64,000 nucleotides of DNA from Octopus bimaculoides. Taxonomy: Eukaryota. Below are positions 1-13,547 of this stretch, one piece after another. Each line of letters begins with the position of its first letter. The stretch's first letter is position 1. Under the pieces are notes generated by a model. That model searched no databases, was not told the DNA's origin, and worked only from the letters and a program-made list of their open reading frames with translations. The position numbers and the translations under genes are program-made. The DNA lies in assembly GCF_001194135.2 (NCBI RefSeq), contig NC_068984.1, positions 2,095,068-2,159,067 of the forward strand, read 5' to 3'.

Positions 1-287
1 ACTCTTCGCTTTCTTCTCAGTCCAATGACAGTATTCAACTCGACCGAATGCCAGCTGGATGTCACGTGAGAAAATTCGTACGGCCTGACTAAGGGAGTCC
101 AGTTGACCGTTGCTAGCTCCATCGAACTTCACATCGTCCATAAACACCAGGCGGTAGAGTTAGTCTCGTGTTCTTCTGCAACCTGTAACCAGTTTTAAAC
201 TTCTTCAAAACCATGGAGAGCGGCAACATACTAACAATAGACAGCAAGGGTGACACGGAATCTCCTTGAAAGATTCCCCACTTGATG
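1..287 (-). mobile_element. R4/Dong-like (REL-clade) LINE reverse transcriptase fragment
   Basis: Minus strand reads IKWGIFQGDSVSPLL..LPLSMVLKK, then after a frameshift LVFMDDVK..QLDSLSQAVRIFSRDI. These match the RT motifs GIFQGDSLSP and (Y/F)MDD; the frame is broken. Confidence 0.72.
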
Positions 288-450
288 TCGCCCGTTCTGC
301 TGTTTGTGTAATTTTCAATGCCAAAGTTTGGTACAAGGTCTTCCAGGATTTTCCAGATGTATATCACTGCATATCTTTCCCTATTTCATTGTAGGGAGAA
401 GAGTTTTAATTCTTTCAGTCGTTCCCAGTAACTGATACGTTGCATTCAGA
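288..450 (-). mobile_element. CR1-like LINE ORF2 3' fragment
   Basis: YWERLKELKLFSLQ*..RYAVIYIWKILEDLVPNFGIENYT; same family as 61700-62350 (IYVWKILEGLAPNFGIESYT). Confidence 0.7.
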
Positions 451-513
451 CGATTTTCTTTGTGTAGAACGTAAGCGAGCAAGACAAATGAAAAGATACA
501 AAATATAAAGATT

Positions 514-587
514 AATTACAAACTCAGTTTCATTGTCACCACTTACGTAATTACTTACGTAAATGTACGCAATTCATCAGTGTGATC
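514..587 (-). ncRNA. Minimal type I hammerhead-like motif (PLE type)
   Basis: Minus strand: gatcaca CTGATGA attg..caat GAAA ctgag TT tgtaatt. Helix I 6/7 pairs, helix II closes with 4 bp, helix III ACTGAGT is quasi-palindromic. Confidence 0.5.
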
Positions 588-869
588 GTCATAGCAATAT
601 GATTTGCAGACCTATACACGAGAAGTCCACATGAGATTGAACGTGCATATAGTTCTACCGATTACATTTGGGTTTATATTTCAAAAGTCTTCGTTTTGGC
701 GCGCCAAAATACCGGAAATAATTCTGTAGAAAATATTTCTCTGCAGTGAATTTTGCCGGTTAGAGAACATGGTTATTTAAATTTAAATAATAAGGGTGGA
801 AAATTGAATATTAATTTGATTAATATCAATTTACAACCAGTTTAAATTTAAATATGCGTGTGTGTGAGA

Positions 870-2365
870 GAGAGAGAAAGAGTTGTCCCCCAGGATGATC
901 GAAATCCACATTGTGATTCGGGTAGGGCTTCCTCTGCGATGATTTGGAGACGATCCAGAAGGAGTCTTGCAAAGATTTTTCCTACAACGGGGAGCAATGC
1001 GATACCACGATAGTTCCCACAGATCTTCCTTTTTTTTTTTGAAGATGGTGATAATTGACAGTATCTTTGAAGTCTTTGGGAACATGGCAGTTCTTCCACA
1101 TTCAGAGAATCAATGTGAACAGATTGGTGTTTAATACTTGTCCGCCATGTTTTAGAAGTTCCACTGGGATGTTTTCTGGGCCAGAGAACTTCCGTTGCTT
1201 CATACAGTTGAGGGGAATATGGTACTCAACGTAGGATGGTGATGTGTTCATCCAATATCGAGTTGGATGCATGGGTACGGTCTTCAAGAAATCTTCCGCT
1301 ACGTTGGAGTCTTTGGTTCAGAAGACTCGAGAAGTGTTCTCTCCAGCGTTGAAGGATATCTTGTGGGTCAGTCAGGATGGTGTTGGAATCTACTGGTTGA
1401 AGAGACTCCGTTGATGATCTCACAAGCCCCAAAAGTTCCTTCTTTCCTGCGTAGAAGTGTCTGAGATCAAAGACACTTGGAGTTCAACGGCTTTTTGTTG
1501 CCACCAGTTGTTCTGCATCTCTCTCAACTTTGTTTTGGCATTGTCTCTCGAAGTCTTGATGTCTCACTTTTTTGTGCAGCGATCTGAGATCTTGCTCATG
1601 AATGAGGCGGGATTGCCGCTTTGCATCGATAAGCTGGCTGATTTCTTGATCATTGTCATCAGACCATTCCTGATGTTTTCTTTTGCTGTACCGGAGTGTG
1701 TTTTCAGCCATTTCAGTGATTGTTTTTCGAAGTATGCTCCATTCCTTATCCATCTCCTGATTGTCAGATGGGATAGATTGAAGGTGCTTGAGAATGGAAG
1801 ATACATAAAGGGAGCTGATGTTAAGCTTCAATATATCAAATTTTCTTCAGACTGGTTTTGTTTTTCCAGTCTTTGGTTAACCATTATTTGGTTAACCATT
1901 TCTAGTCTTTGGTTAACCATTATTCAAAGGCGGGTGGTGACTAGACGATGGTCTGTCCAGTAATCGTTAGTGCTGATAGCTGTTCACGTGATGAGGACGT
2001 TTGTTTTATCTCGTTGCCGGTTGATGGTGTAGTCCAGGAGGTGCCAGTGTTTCGACATGAGGTGCTTCCAGGTGGTCTTGAAGCGATTTGGGAGTCGAAA
2101 TTTGGTGTTGGCGATGAAGTAAGAGTGTTCAGCGCACAGCCCAAGGAGCAAGAGTCGATTTTCATTGCAGTTTCCGACTCCTTCTTTGTTAATAACATTC
2201 TCCTATAGCCTGTTGTTTCTCCCAACTCTTGCGTTGAAATCCCCAAGGAGAAGGAGCTTGTCATTTGGTGGTGCATTAAGGATCAGGTCACTCAGCTGTT
2301 GGTAGGTGTCTTTTTTACATTGCCTTTGACATCAAGTGTAGGCGCGTAAGCAGAGATCAGTGTCA
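870..2365 (-). mobile_element. RTE-clade LINE fragment (APE endonuclease plus start of RT), decayed
   Basis: TLISAYAPTL, LLLGDFNARVG, WHLLDYTI..TDHRLV (APE) and NYRGIALLPVVGKIFAR..LPESQCGFR (RT); multiple stops and frameshifts. Confidence 0.85.
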
Positions 2366-2394
2366 AAAAGGAAAATGTCAGAAAAGAGCAGGCT

Positions 2395-2467
2395 GGTTTG
2401 CTGGTGTAATCAGTAACACAGTTAGTCGCGTTAACAAAGGGATGTGGGTTCGAGTCCCACGCGTACG
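2395..2467 (+). pseudogene. tRNA-like sequence (pseudo-tRNA or solo SINE head)
   Basis: D stem gtgt/acac, perfect T arm gtggg-ttcgagt-cccac, 4-bp anticodon stem, acceptor stem only 5/7, T7 run about 12 nt downstream. Confidence 0.3.
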
Positions 2468-3370
2468 GGAAAGCCTACTTTTTTTCTGTCGAAGGCTTAT
2501 ATGCCCCATTATTAGATTATTTTCCTTAGTCATTTGCACGGCGATCGCTTTAAGCTTATAAAAAATACCATTATTATTATTTATAGAATTGTAAAACTCG
2601 ACGCCGCTTAACAAAACCAAGATGACACGCAGTGGGACTGAACCCGGAACCATGTGGTTAGGAAGCAAGCTTCTTAAATTGGTTCATAATTGATACCAGC
2701 TTTCACTGGAATCGAACCTGAAATATTGAAGTAGCAAACTAGTTTCTTGTAAAAGATACATATCAGCTCTTTACTATTTTAAAAACCGACGTTCACCGGA
2801 CGTCACCGTACGTTCAACATTTTTTAATTATATCGTTTTGAAGCTTCTTTACCTTAAAGAACAATTGTAGCTACAACCTCATTCCATCAAGTGTGTGTAT
2901 TATATATTTATTTTGTGTGTACGTAAGTGTGTGTGTATGTGTGTGTGTGTTATTTATGCGGACTTCCGGTGGAGAACTGATCCATTGTAGTGACCTCTCG
3001 TCGGATTAAGCTTTGTTCGTTTAAACCGAACTCTGTTATTCAAGCATAACCGACAGACTTGCGGTTCATTAGAGTATTATTAATGGAGAGAGGAGAGGGA
3101 AGAGGGAGGAGGATAGAAGAAGAGGGAGAGGAAGAAGAAGAAGAAATGGTGGACGAGTAGGGAGATGAAATGCTTCAAATGATGACAAAAGTGTTTACTT
3201 GAGCAACATTAAACGCCAAAACACACACACACACACACACGTGTGTGTGTGTGTGTGGTCAACGTGCTGACTTAACCGGACACACATAATACATGCGTGT
3301 ATATATATATATATATATATATACAAACACACACACATATAAATATATGTATATATATATNNNNNNNNNN

Positions 3371-3441
<71 letters not shown>

Positions 3442-3557
3442 AACACACACACATATATAAATATATGTAGATATATACACACAAACATATATACATACAC
3501 ACACATATATATGTACACTATACATGAATGCGTGTATGTGTGTATACATGTATGTGC

Positions 3558-3885
3558 ATGTAGCAGTCTGGTAAGAAGTTTGCTTTCCAACCTCATGGTT
3601 CCGGGTTCAGTCCCACGTAGTGGTACCTTGATCAAGTGGCTTCTGATATGGCTTCGCTCATGCATACCAGCCTCCCCTCTCCACACCACTAATGTTATCC
3701 AATGGAAAGGCAAACGCCGATACAGCTTGGCACATCACAACTCATTTCTACAGCTGAGTGAACCGGAGCAACGTGAAATAAAGCGTCTTGCTCAAGAACA
3801 CAACACACAGCCCAGTCTGAGAATCGAACTAACTACCTCATGATTGCGAGCCCTATGTTCTAACCATTGAGCCATGCACCTTTTT
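3558..3885. mobile_element. tRNA-SINE head (+) abutting a second tRNA-derived SINE (-)
   Basis: Plus head with gggttcagtccc B-box-like motif. The minus copy, ggtgcatggctcaatggttag..agttcgattc, is homologous to 8596-8900 and 48867-49195. Confidence 0.7.
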
Positions 3886-5359
3886 NNNNNNNNNNNNNNN
3901 NNNNNNNNNNNNNNNNNNNNNNNNNNNNNNNNNNNNNNNNNNNNNNNNNNNNNNNNNNNNNNNNNNNNNNNNNNNNNNNNNNNNNNNNNNNNNNNNNNNN
4001 NNNNNNNNNNNNNNNNNNNNNNNNNNNNNNNNNNNNNNNNNNNNNNNNNNNNNNNNNNNNNNNNNNNNNNNNNNNNNNNNNNNNNNNNNNNNNNNNNNNN
4101 NNNNNNNNNNNNNNNNNNNNNNNNNNNNNNNNNNNNNNNNNNNNNNNNNNNNNNNNNNNNNNNNNNNNNNNNNNNNNNNNNNNNNNNNNNNNNNNNNNNN
4201 NNNNNNNNNNNNNNNNNNNNNNNNNNNNNNNNNNNNNNNNNNNNNNNNNNNNNNNNNNNNNNNNNNNNNNNNNNNNNNNNNNNNNNNNNNNNNNNNNNNN
4301 NNNNNNNNNNNNNNNNNNNNNNNNNNNNNNNNNNNNNNNNNNNNNNNNNNNNNNNNNNNNNNNNNNNNNNNNNNNNNNNNNNNNNNNNNNNNNNNNNNNN
4401 NNNNNNNNNNNNNNNNNNNNNNNNNNNNNNNNNNNNNNNNNNNNNNNNNNNNNNNNNNNNNNNNNNNNNNNNNNNNNNNNNNATATATATATAAATGTAC
4501 ATTCATATTTATGTCGTTTGTGCCGTTAGATGTACGACTCCCACTGTACGAGTAAGAGCTCCACGTAGATTATCATTCTCCAGTCAGCTTCCACTATGAT
4601 CATTAGTCGGCCACGGTACTTAGCAATGTTATTTGTTATGGTGTTGAGAGCATATGTCGTGGAAAATTAGAATAAACTGCAGTATAACTATTTAGTTCCT
4701 GCGTACGCTCCACCATTGCATTTATTTGGAATGCATCACTAGATGTTCCAAGTGCATTTGGATATCTAATCGCAATGGATCATCCGGGGAACATCTTTAT
4801 TGCATTCTGTAACAGATCTGATACAGAGATATTAGGTCTCTGTAACAGAATACTAGAAAGTTGTAAAAATATGTTGCCTTCAAAATAGACTTATTGAGCA
4901 TCAAATCATATTTAAGCCATTTTTTGTGTCTAATTAAAAGCAATTTCTAATTTAGGTACAAATCTAATGACTTGGTAGACGTGGTTAATCGATTAAACAG
5001 GCCCTAATAAATAACTGGTATTTCATTGAAAAATAAATCTTTGGTGTTGGCGGGATTTGAAAATAGAGCGTGAGAAAAAAAAGGAGCAAACACAGAATGA
5101 GTTTTTATCCAATGAGCCGGACAGTGAGTGCAACCCAAGGCTCTGCCGCTCATAATAACATTGGTATTAATACAGTTATTTTATAAGAAAGGGAAATATC
5201 TCTAACCCCTAAAGTTCTGTAAATACGTTTTTATCTATAAATATACGTTTAATATTTATAAAACATTTAATATTTATCTTTAAATATACGTTTATATTTA
5301 TATAATATTTCGATATTAATTATTTTATAAATATTAAACGTATATTGGGCTAGTATTGG

Positions 5360-5700
5360 TTGTGGAAGAGAATTGGTGCACCACAAATTGAGCAGAATAC
5401 TGGAGTTATCATCCTTTGGAATTTCAGCGTTCAACCTGATCGGGAAATTCAGGTGAACCGACCAGATGTCCTTGTGAGAAATCATGTTGAAAAGACATGT
5501 CTTTTGATAGCTGTGGCAGCCATAAAAGAAAAACAACTTCCGTTCTGCTCGGCGAAAGGAGGAAATGGATAACATTGTAAAAGTGTTCATAAGTTATTTT
5601 CTTATCGGCTGAGATAACAAAGGATGCCTAAAAGTGCAATGATTTGAAGAATAGTGATTGGTCGTAATCGAATCTTCTGACCGGGTACTATTCTGAACAC
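5360..5700 (+). mobile_element. REL-endonuclease fragment of an R4/Dong-like LINE
   Basis: IILWNFSVQPDREIQVNRPDVLVRNHVEKTCLLI resembles the WD..TD..NRPD..LLID restriction-like endonuclease motif. Confidence 0.62.
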
Positions 5701-6227
5701 GTTAGTTTCATATAATTTATATATTTTAAAATCAAAAATAATTTTTTATATATAAAAATAAGCCAGGGCTGGACGAAACATTGCTTCGGGTTGTATGTTT
5801 GATACCTCTACGCTGTAGAACAATAATTACTAGGCGAGTTTCAAGTAGCAATTATTGTTCTATGGATCAGAGGTATCAAAAAAGATCTAGGAAATATCCT
5901 AAAAAAATTTCACTGACTGACAAGATAAGAACAAAAATCTATGAAGTAAATATGGTGGTTTATTTTTCAAAAATTTTTTTTTCTGGATAACGTATCTTCT
6001 TAAATATGTTTGATGTGTATTTTATTGGTTTCCGTGGGTATGGGAAATTCCAGGAACGCCCAGATTTGGCTACGCTACTGCGTACACTCACGCACACACA
6101 GACACACACACATACACGCCTTGCTGTCTACATTTCTGTATGTATACACTTCTGTATGTCTATATATTTCTTTAAATATATATGTACATTTTTATAGTTA
6201 TGTATGTATATGTGTATGTAAGTAAGT

Positions 6228-6280
<53 letters not shown>

Positions 6281-6703
6281 GTGTGTGTGTGTGCGTGCGT
6301 GTGTGTGTGTGTGTGATGCTCATGTTTAGTCTCCCCCAGCTACTCGGTGTTTATTTATTCATTAGTCAATGTACCCGGCTAGTCATTCGGCTGCAAGAAC
6401 GGCGTTGTTATGGGTTACGAAGAGCGTCTTGATTAACTCAACTCATTGTCGATGAAAAGCAAAGTAATGTGGCCTTTTTTTACCTCCTCCTCTTCTTTTT
6501 TCTCTTCCTCTTATGTCTGACTGTTTCACGCTTTAATAAACATCGTCAGATTGTTCACATACCGTGTCCAACTGAGAAAAAAGTTGCAAGGTTTAAAGAG
6601 CAACAGACTTCTCTCCACCCCCTCTCTCTCTCTCTCTTTCTCTCTCTCGTCATTTCATCAACAGACAGTTTCACAGTAAGGAGAGACACCTAAACAGCTG
6701 GAT

Positions 6704-6744
<41 letters not shown>

Positions 6745-8595
6745 ACATATACAGATATCAACATTTGTATTGTTGTTGTTGCTGCTGCTGCTGTTTAACC
6801 CGAGGTCAAGCAATGATCAAAGCTATGCCTACCCCCAACCATCCGGTCCTTTTTAATGCCATGGGTGAAGAGCACATTATCTAATGAGTCCTTTCCTTAT
6901 TTAAGATGGCAGAGTGTGATTTTGGAGAGATTTGGTTTCTTTTTCTAGCAGGTCGATCGACCACGTTATGGCATGCATATTGACTCCTGTATGTGTATGT
7001 GTGCGCATATGTATGGATATAGATGTGTGTATGTCTGTGTATAGTGGTTGTTGCGTGAAGGCATACGTTGCCGGATGGTTAAAAAGTTTGCAAACCTTAA
7101 GATATTAGGTTCGACTCCACAACGCATCAACTTGATCACATGTCTTCCCTTAAATCCTTCGGTCAACTCAAAATTTGCGAGGACTGAAATTGGCTTGATG
7201 GAAACTGTGCAGAAGCCCATCAGTAATTCAAAGATCCGGCATTGTTACACTCTTTGTCACACTGATTATATCCGAGAATTACGTTTTACAAGAATCCCTA
7301 ATAATCTTCTATCGAGTCCCTAATCGTCTTAACAAATTTCCTCAACATCTTATAACAAAATCCCGAATCAAATCATCGCCATCACCTTAATTATGTTTTC
7401 AAAACTTCATAACATTAATAGATTTTTAATCATGTCCATCAGCTTTGTCACAGGATCCCCGTCCCTCGTTCTAACCACAACTGAATGCAGCAGTCCGTCG
7501 TTTAGAAGCCATCACAACCAAGTACTTCACTGAAGAGGCCGGGTATTATTTAATGTGATGGAGATATCACATTAAACCAGTTTGGGTAGAAATCAGTAGA
7601 GGTAGTTGGGGAGGTAATGTCCGAGGTGTGGAGTTGACTGTATTTGTTGCAAAGCACTGTCTCTACTCTTGGTTTCCAGGTGATGTGAGGTGAATCAAGT
7701 AACAAATATAAACTTAAAATTGATTCTCTGTGATTAATTTCTCTTGTGCCAACTCAGCAAATCTCTTTGAAATAAGAAAATGCGATAAATTATATCAGTA
7801 AAAACCAGATATTTCAATGAAGTCGGTTATATTCCAGTCAATTACCGGCTAAATTCTTGCTGTTCTACTCAATACGTTTATTGAATATCCGTTTCTCTAA
7901 GTTCCAGTCCAATACTACTTATTCACCCCACCCCGTCATAAACTGACCACGCCCATTCTCTAATCTTTTTCTGTTTTTTTTTTCTAAAGGTTGTTTTGGA
8001 TTAGCAGAATCATAAGAGAATCGATCAAAATGACTTTCGGTATTTACTCTGCGTTCTAATATTAGATGCCGCCGAGGTCTTCTTTATCTTTAATTCTTCT
8101 GGTGTCAATAAAGTAAAATATCAGTCAAGTACGTGGGTCTCTATAATCAACTGTTCCCTCTCCACCCCACAGAAGTTTTGGTCATGTATCTATACAAGAA
8201 ATTATAATTCTTGTAAAAAATAATTATTTGTGACAAAAACAATTCTGATACCAAAGAGCAATCTTCATATCCGACTTAGCGTGAATGTTTTGTTAGAACA
8301 CCGAACGCTAGATAAGCGCCGTGTTATATATTTATAATACTTCCTGTCCATTTTCACACCGACGGGGCAGCAGAGCAGCTAACTCGATCGTGATTGTGAA
8401 AACTAATGGATTTTCAAGGACTGGCTACAGAGTATATTTGTCAATTCTTACTTTAATTTGTTCCTATGTAAGTCTGGGCATGAATTCTGTGCAGTTAAAA
8501 CCAGCCATTTCTTGCTGTTTATATCCCAAAACGTTGCCGTCATTGTGGGTATTAACCCTGATTTTCTTCATCTCTGTGGAAACATGCGATGTGAT

Positions 8596-8900
8596 GGTGC
8601 ATGGCTCAGTGGTTAAAGAGTCGGGCTCACAATCATGAGGTAGAGTTCGATTCCCAGACCAGGTTGTGTGTTGTGTTCTTGAGCAAGACACTGTATTTTA
8701 CTTCGCTCCAGTTCACGCAGCTGTAGAAATGAGCTGTGACGTCACTGGTACCAAGCTGTATCGGTCCCTTTGCCTTTCCCTTGGATAAAATCAGTGGTAT
8801 GGAGAGGAGAGGCTGGTGTGCATGGGAGACTGCTAGTCTCCTGTACATAAACTTGTCTGGACTTGTGCTTCGGAAGGGGAACTTTCTAGGTGCAATCTAG
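8596..8900 (+). mobile_element. tRNA-derived SINE
   Basis: A box tggctcagtgg, B box gagttcgattcc, body tgtgttcttgagcaagacact shared with copies at 3650-3885 and 48867-49195. Confidence 0.75.
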
Positions 8901-10077
8901 GGGTTCTTTACTTTGCGGAGTCTTGCAGAATATTGGCCTGGGACAAATTGTATGCCATTTCGTTTCTTTAACGTATTTTGGAATTCCATTTGTAATTAAA
9001 ACGTTTCATCTTTCTCAAATCAGTCAATTAGATATATTTAATTAGACATATCTAATTGGACGGTGAATAAATTCAGCATTGTTTGAATGCGCGATTGTAA
9101 TTAAACGAAAAAAAGTGACGCAGTTGTTAGCTGGATACAGTGTTGGTCTTCACATGTGCATCCATTTATGGAGACATAAAAAGAAGCGGCGTTAAAATGG
9201 CTACATAAAAAATACTATAAATTCAACAACATAAATGGCTGATTTGGACTACAACAATGGCAACAAAATCTAGAGTTAATATCACCACAGTAGGGAGACA
9301 TTTCATTCAGTCTGGAAGACACTTGTCTAAGGTGCCACGTATTGATATCGAACTCGGAAACGTCTCAAGTACATGGCCATTCTTATAGAACTGTGTAATA
9401 AATTCGCTGTCAATTTTCTTCTTAGATAAATCTCCCTACATGTATTATGTCTTCTACATTCCGCATGAACAACAAAACCTCCAACAAGAACAACAACAAC
9501 AACAACGACAGCAGCAGCAACATCAACAAGAACAACAGCAACAAAACGGCAAACCTATCGACCACCAGCATTTAGTCTGGGTTTTCCAGGTAAATGAAGT
9601 TTATCGCTTAATGTTCCCATGCTTTCAAGCAGAACAACTATCTCTTTATTCATTGGTGGTGGAGGCGGCGGTGGTGGCGGTGGCGGCAGCAGCGACCATG
9701 GCAGTGGCGGTGAGGGAGGCGGCAGCGGCCGCGATGGATGGGTGCGTGCTTACCTGAATGTTTCTAATTTACTTACTAGTTAAGGTTTGCGTTCCATTCT
9801 AAAGTGATATATCATGAAACAATAGTAGTAGTGGTAGTAGTAATTTTTTGTTTTGTATTAGCCAAAAGGGTAGTAGGAGATAAAAAAAAATAGAAACAGG
9901 GGTGGATGCTTACAAAAATATGTGGTGGGGGAGTGAAGAAATGACAAAGGGATGAGGCTGGGGTGGGGGAGGAGCGAAAGACATTGCATAATTCAATTAC
10001 AACGAATCAAAAACTTAAGAAGTAGAAAAATTACGCGGAAATAAATATTAAAGAGAATGGTAATGATGATGATGATG

Positions 10078-10169
<92 letters not shown>

Positions 10170-10171
<2 letters not shown>

Positions 10172-10532
10172 GAGCACTCAGAGAGCGCAAACCTCTGCCA
10201 AGGCAACACTGTCTTCTCAACGATTAGCCAGAGATGATTTTTAAAATGAGAATATCTGAAATAAACTCGATTGCTCTCACAAACGAGAATACTGAAAATG
10301 AACCCGACTGCTCTCAAAAATTAAGTAAAAAAACAGGAAACATAATCCAGAATCCTTGTCCGGCACCGAATCGATCTCAAAATCTAATCAGTTCGTGCCT
10401 GTCACGAGGCCAAACATCCCTGATAGTTTCATCCGAATCCATCCAGCAGTTCTTGAGATTATCTTGTCCACGGACAAACAAACAAACACGACTAAAAACA
10501 ATACCTCCGCCTTCGCTAAGGCGGAGGTAATA
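10170..10532 (-). mobile_element. Helentron-associated non-autonomous element (HINE/DINE-1-like)
   Basis: Terminal 12-bp hairpin tacctccgcctt-cgct-aaggcggaggta (10502-10529), (GTTT)n microsatellite, distal subTIR acctctgccaagg (about 10192) and 3' stem-loop gcgctc-tct-gagtgc. Confidence 0.6.
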
Positions 10533-10589
10533 ATTCTAAACATGATATTTCTCTTCTCTTTTATTTCAAGTATTTTACTCGTTTCAATC

Positions 10590-10865
10590 ACAAGGGGCAC
10601 CTCCTTGAAAACTTTTTAGTCGAACGAATCGACCCCATTACTTATTTTTTTTTAAGCCTGGTACTTATTCCATCGGTCTTTTTGCCGAACCGCTAAGTTA
10701 TGGTGAGGTAAACTCACCAACACTTGTTAATAGGTAGGCCGGGGTGGGTTAACAAACACAGACACACTTGCATACGACAGGCTTTCAGTTTCCGGCTACT
10801 AAATCCTCTCAGAAGACTTTGGTTGGTCCGAGGCTATAGTAAAAGACACTTGCCCAAGGTGCCAC
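10590..10865 (-). mobile_element. tRNA-derived SINE (family with CR1-like 3' tail), partial
   Basis: Body ccgaaccgctaagtta / tagtcgaacgaatcgacccc shared with 16440-16530, 30145-30370 and 34010-34200. Confidence 0.6.
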
Positions 10866-10870
10866 GCAAG

Positions 10871-11384
<514 letters not shown>

Positions 11385-11689
11385 TGCCTTAGACTTGCGC
11401 AAAACTACTACAAGTTGTGGCGACACGATCAGGTAGCGAAAGTGGGGGCTAGAGAGAGGCAAGACGTAGAATGAACACAAACCGTAGAGATAGCCGAAAA
11501 GAACGACTAGTACGGTAGCGTAGGCTTCAGGTAGCAAGACTGCTACGCATGTAAGACTCCGGGAGCTCCAACAAAACCTGTGATAAAGAGAAGTAATCAT
11601 AATTTTGTTCTAGATGTCGGGAAGACACTCGGTAAGAAATGGAAGCAAAACTGAAGGAAGAAGAAAAACTCATAATAACAATAATCCTT

Positions 11690-12546
11690 TCTGCTATAGG
11701 CACAAGGCCTGAAATCTTGTGGAAGTAAGGGTAGTAGACTATATCACCCCAGTGCATGACTGGTACTCATTTTATCAAGCATGAAAGGATGAAAGGTAAC
11801 GTCAACCTCAGCAGAATTTGAACTTTGTACGTGGAGACAGACAAACTGGTGCTAACTATCCTCCCAATTCACCGCCTTAATAATAATGGTTTCAAATTTT
11901 GGCACCAAGCCATCAATTTCGGGGCACACAGTAAGTCGATATTCTCGACCCCCAGTGCTTGACTGGTATTTATTTTATCGATCTCGAAAGGATCGGCGGA
12001 ATTTGAACTCAGAACGTAGCGACGGACGAAATACCACTAAACATTTTGTTCGGTGCGCTAACAATTCTGCTGCCTTAATAACAATAACAATAATAATAAT
12101 AATAATAATAACGTAAAATATCCTACGTAAAATACTGTCTATGTGATCTCAAATTTTAAAACAAACTCATAATTTTCTTATGGTTTCTTAAACATTCTCT
12201 AGAACAACACTATGTACAAATCCAAATATATGGTACCCTAGGCATAACACCTACATGAACTTCTAACTTGTTGTCTCTTGAGGTCTCTGGGTGAGACTTG
12301 GATCCAACTTGTACAAATGCAAAACAAAAGTCAAACATAAATTAATAATAATAATCCTTTCTACTATAGGTACAAGCCCTGGAATTTGAGGGGAGAGGGA
12401 TAGTCGATCAGATTGACCCCAATACTTGACAGGTACTTAATTCATCGAGGATGAAAGGCACAGTCAACCTCGGTGGAATTTGAACTCAGAACGTAGCGCC
12501 AAGCATTTCGTCCAGTGTGCTGACGATTCTGCCAACACACCGCCTT
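11690..12546 (-). mobile_element. Three stacked same-orientation copies of a tRNA-derived SINE, separated by AAT runs
   Basis: Each carries ggcggaatttgaactcagaacgtagc-like and ggtacttattttatcga-like segments (about 11690-11879, 11888-12077, 12356-12546). Confidence 0.75.
12119..12352 (+). mobile_element. Second, shorter R4/Dong-like LINE 3' UTR copy
   Basis: Near-colinear with 11068-11270 (cttaaacattctctagaacaa..accctaggcataacacc..aacttctaac), flanked by AAT runs. Confidence 0.75.
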
Positions 12547-13470
12547 TTAATAATAATGATAATGGGAAGGAAAAGATGAAAGCAAGAGAAACAGACAGAC
12601 AGGTATCTGGGCAATGTGTTTACCTCCTGCCTAACTGTGAAGTAATTAGCGAATTAGCTTGTATTGTTCTCGTCTAGAAACTTCTGTTGATTGTTGACTT
12701 ATATTGATGTGAGGAGCATGAAGTGGGGTTGGAGCTGGCGGCGGTGGGGGAGGGTTTCCTTTTGTATAACTGCCGAAACGGAGACAAACTACCGCTGGTG
12801 GTGATGACATTACATCGCGTCTGGATGAATGACCGACACAAAAAAAACAACAACAGCTGAGCGCCTGTCTATTACTGGAACGTTTTCTTTGAAAAGAGAA
12901 AAACTTAAATATGTCAAAACAAGAGACACAAAGAAAATGAAATCAACCATGACAGTATATAAAGGAGAAATGGTGTCTTGTTTAGTCGCTGATCTCGTAG
13001 TAGTAATCTCACTGGATTAAAGACGTTACAGCCACGACCATCTCGTCTCGTCTAAATCGAGAACTACATTGCCCGTTGTGTACATGTCAATCCTGTTTGT
13101 TGAAGGTAGGGTGTGTTCTGAGGGAAACATTGTCTGTCATATCCAACAGTTTGGTCGACTGCGTGGAGGCTACCCCGTTGGTTGGTTGGTTGTCAAGGCG
13201 TGTGTTTGTGATGTAGCTCGAGAATGAGGGTGAGAGAGACACGACGCTGGGAGGATAATGGAGAGAGAGAATGCGAGAAGAAAAGAAGTGAGGAGAGAGA
13301 AGAAGAATCTGATTGACACAGCGAGAGAGAGAAAGAGAGACTGGCGACATAGCTTCATGGACCATGGCATGTGGGTTCGGATAAAGGGGTGCGATGGCAA
13401 CAACAGCAATAACAACAGTAACGATAACTTACATACACGTGCGCGCGCATGTATACATTTGGAAGAGAGA

Positions 13471-13547
<77 letters not shown>

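Noticed and set aside
113-367. ORF fusing CR1-like and R4-like sequence in frame
   Set aside because: Chance junction of two decayed LINE fragments near 288; both have stops or frameshifts outside the ORF.
6515-6560. CUGACGA..GAAA cag UC on the minus strand
   Set aside because: Helix I does not form and helix II needs a core nucleotide; a simple tctgac/gtcaga hairpin explains it.
9440-9757. Poly-Q/poly-A ORF and a strong minus-strand donor CAG|GTAAGC at 9753
   Set aside because: Trinucleotide low complexity; the candidate 45-nt upstream exon has stops in all three frames.
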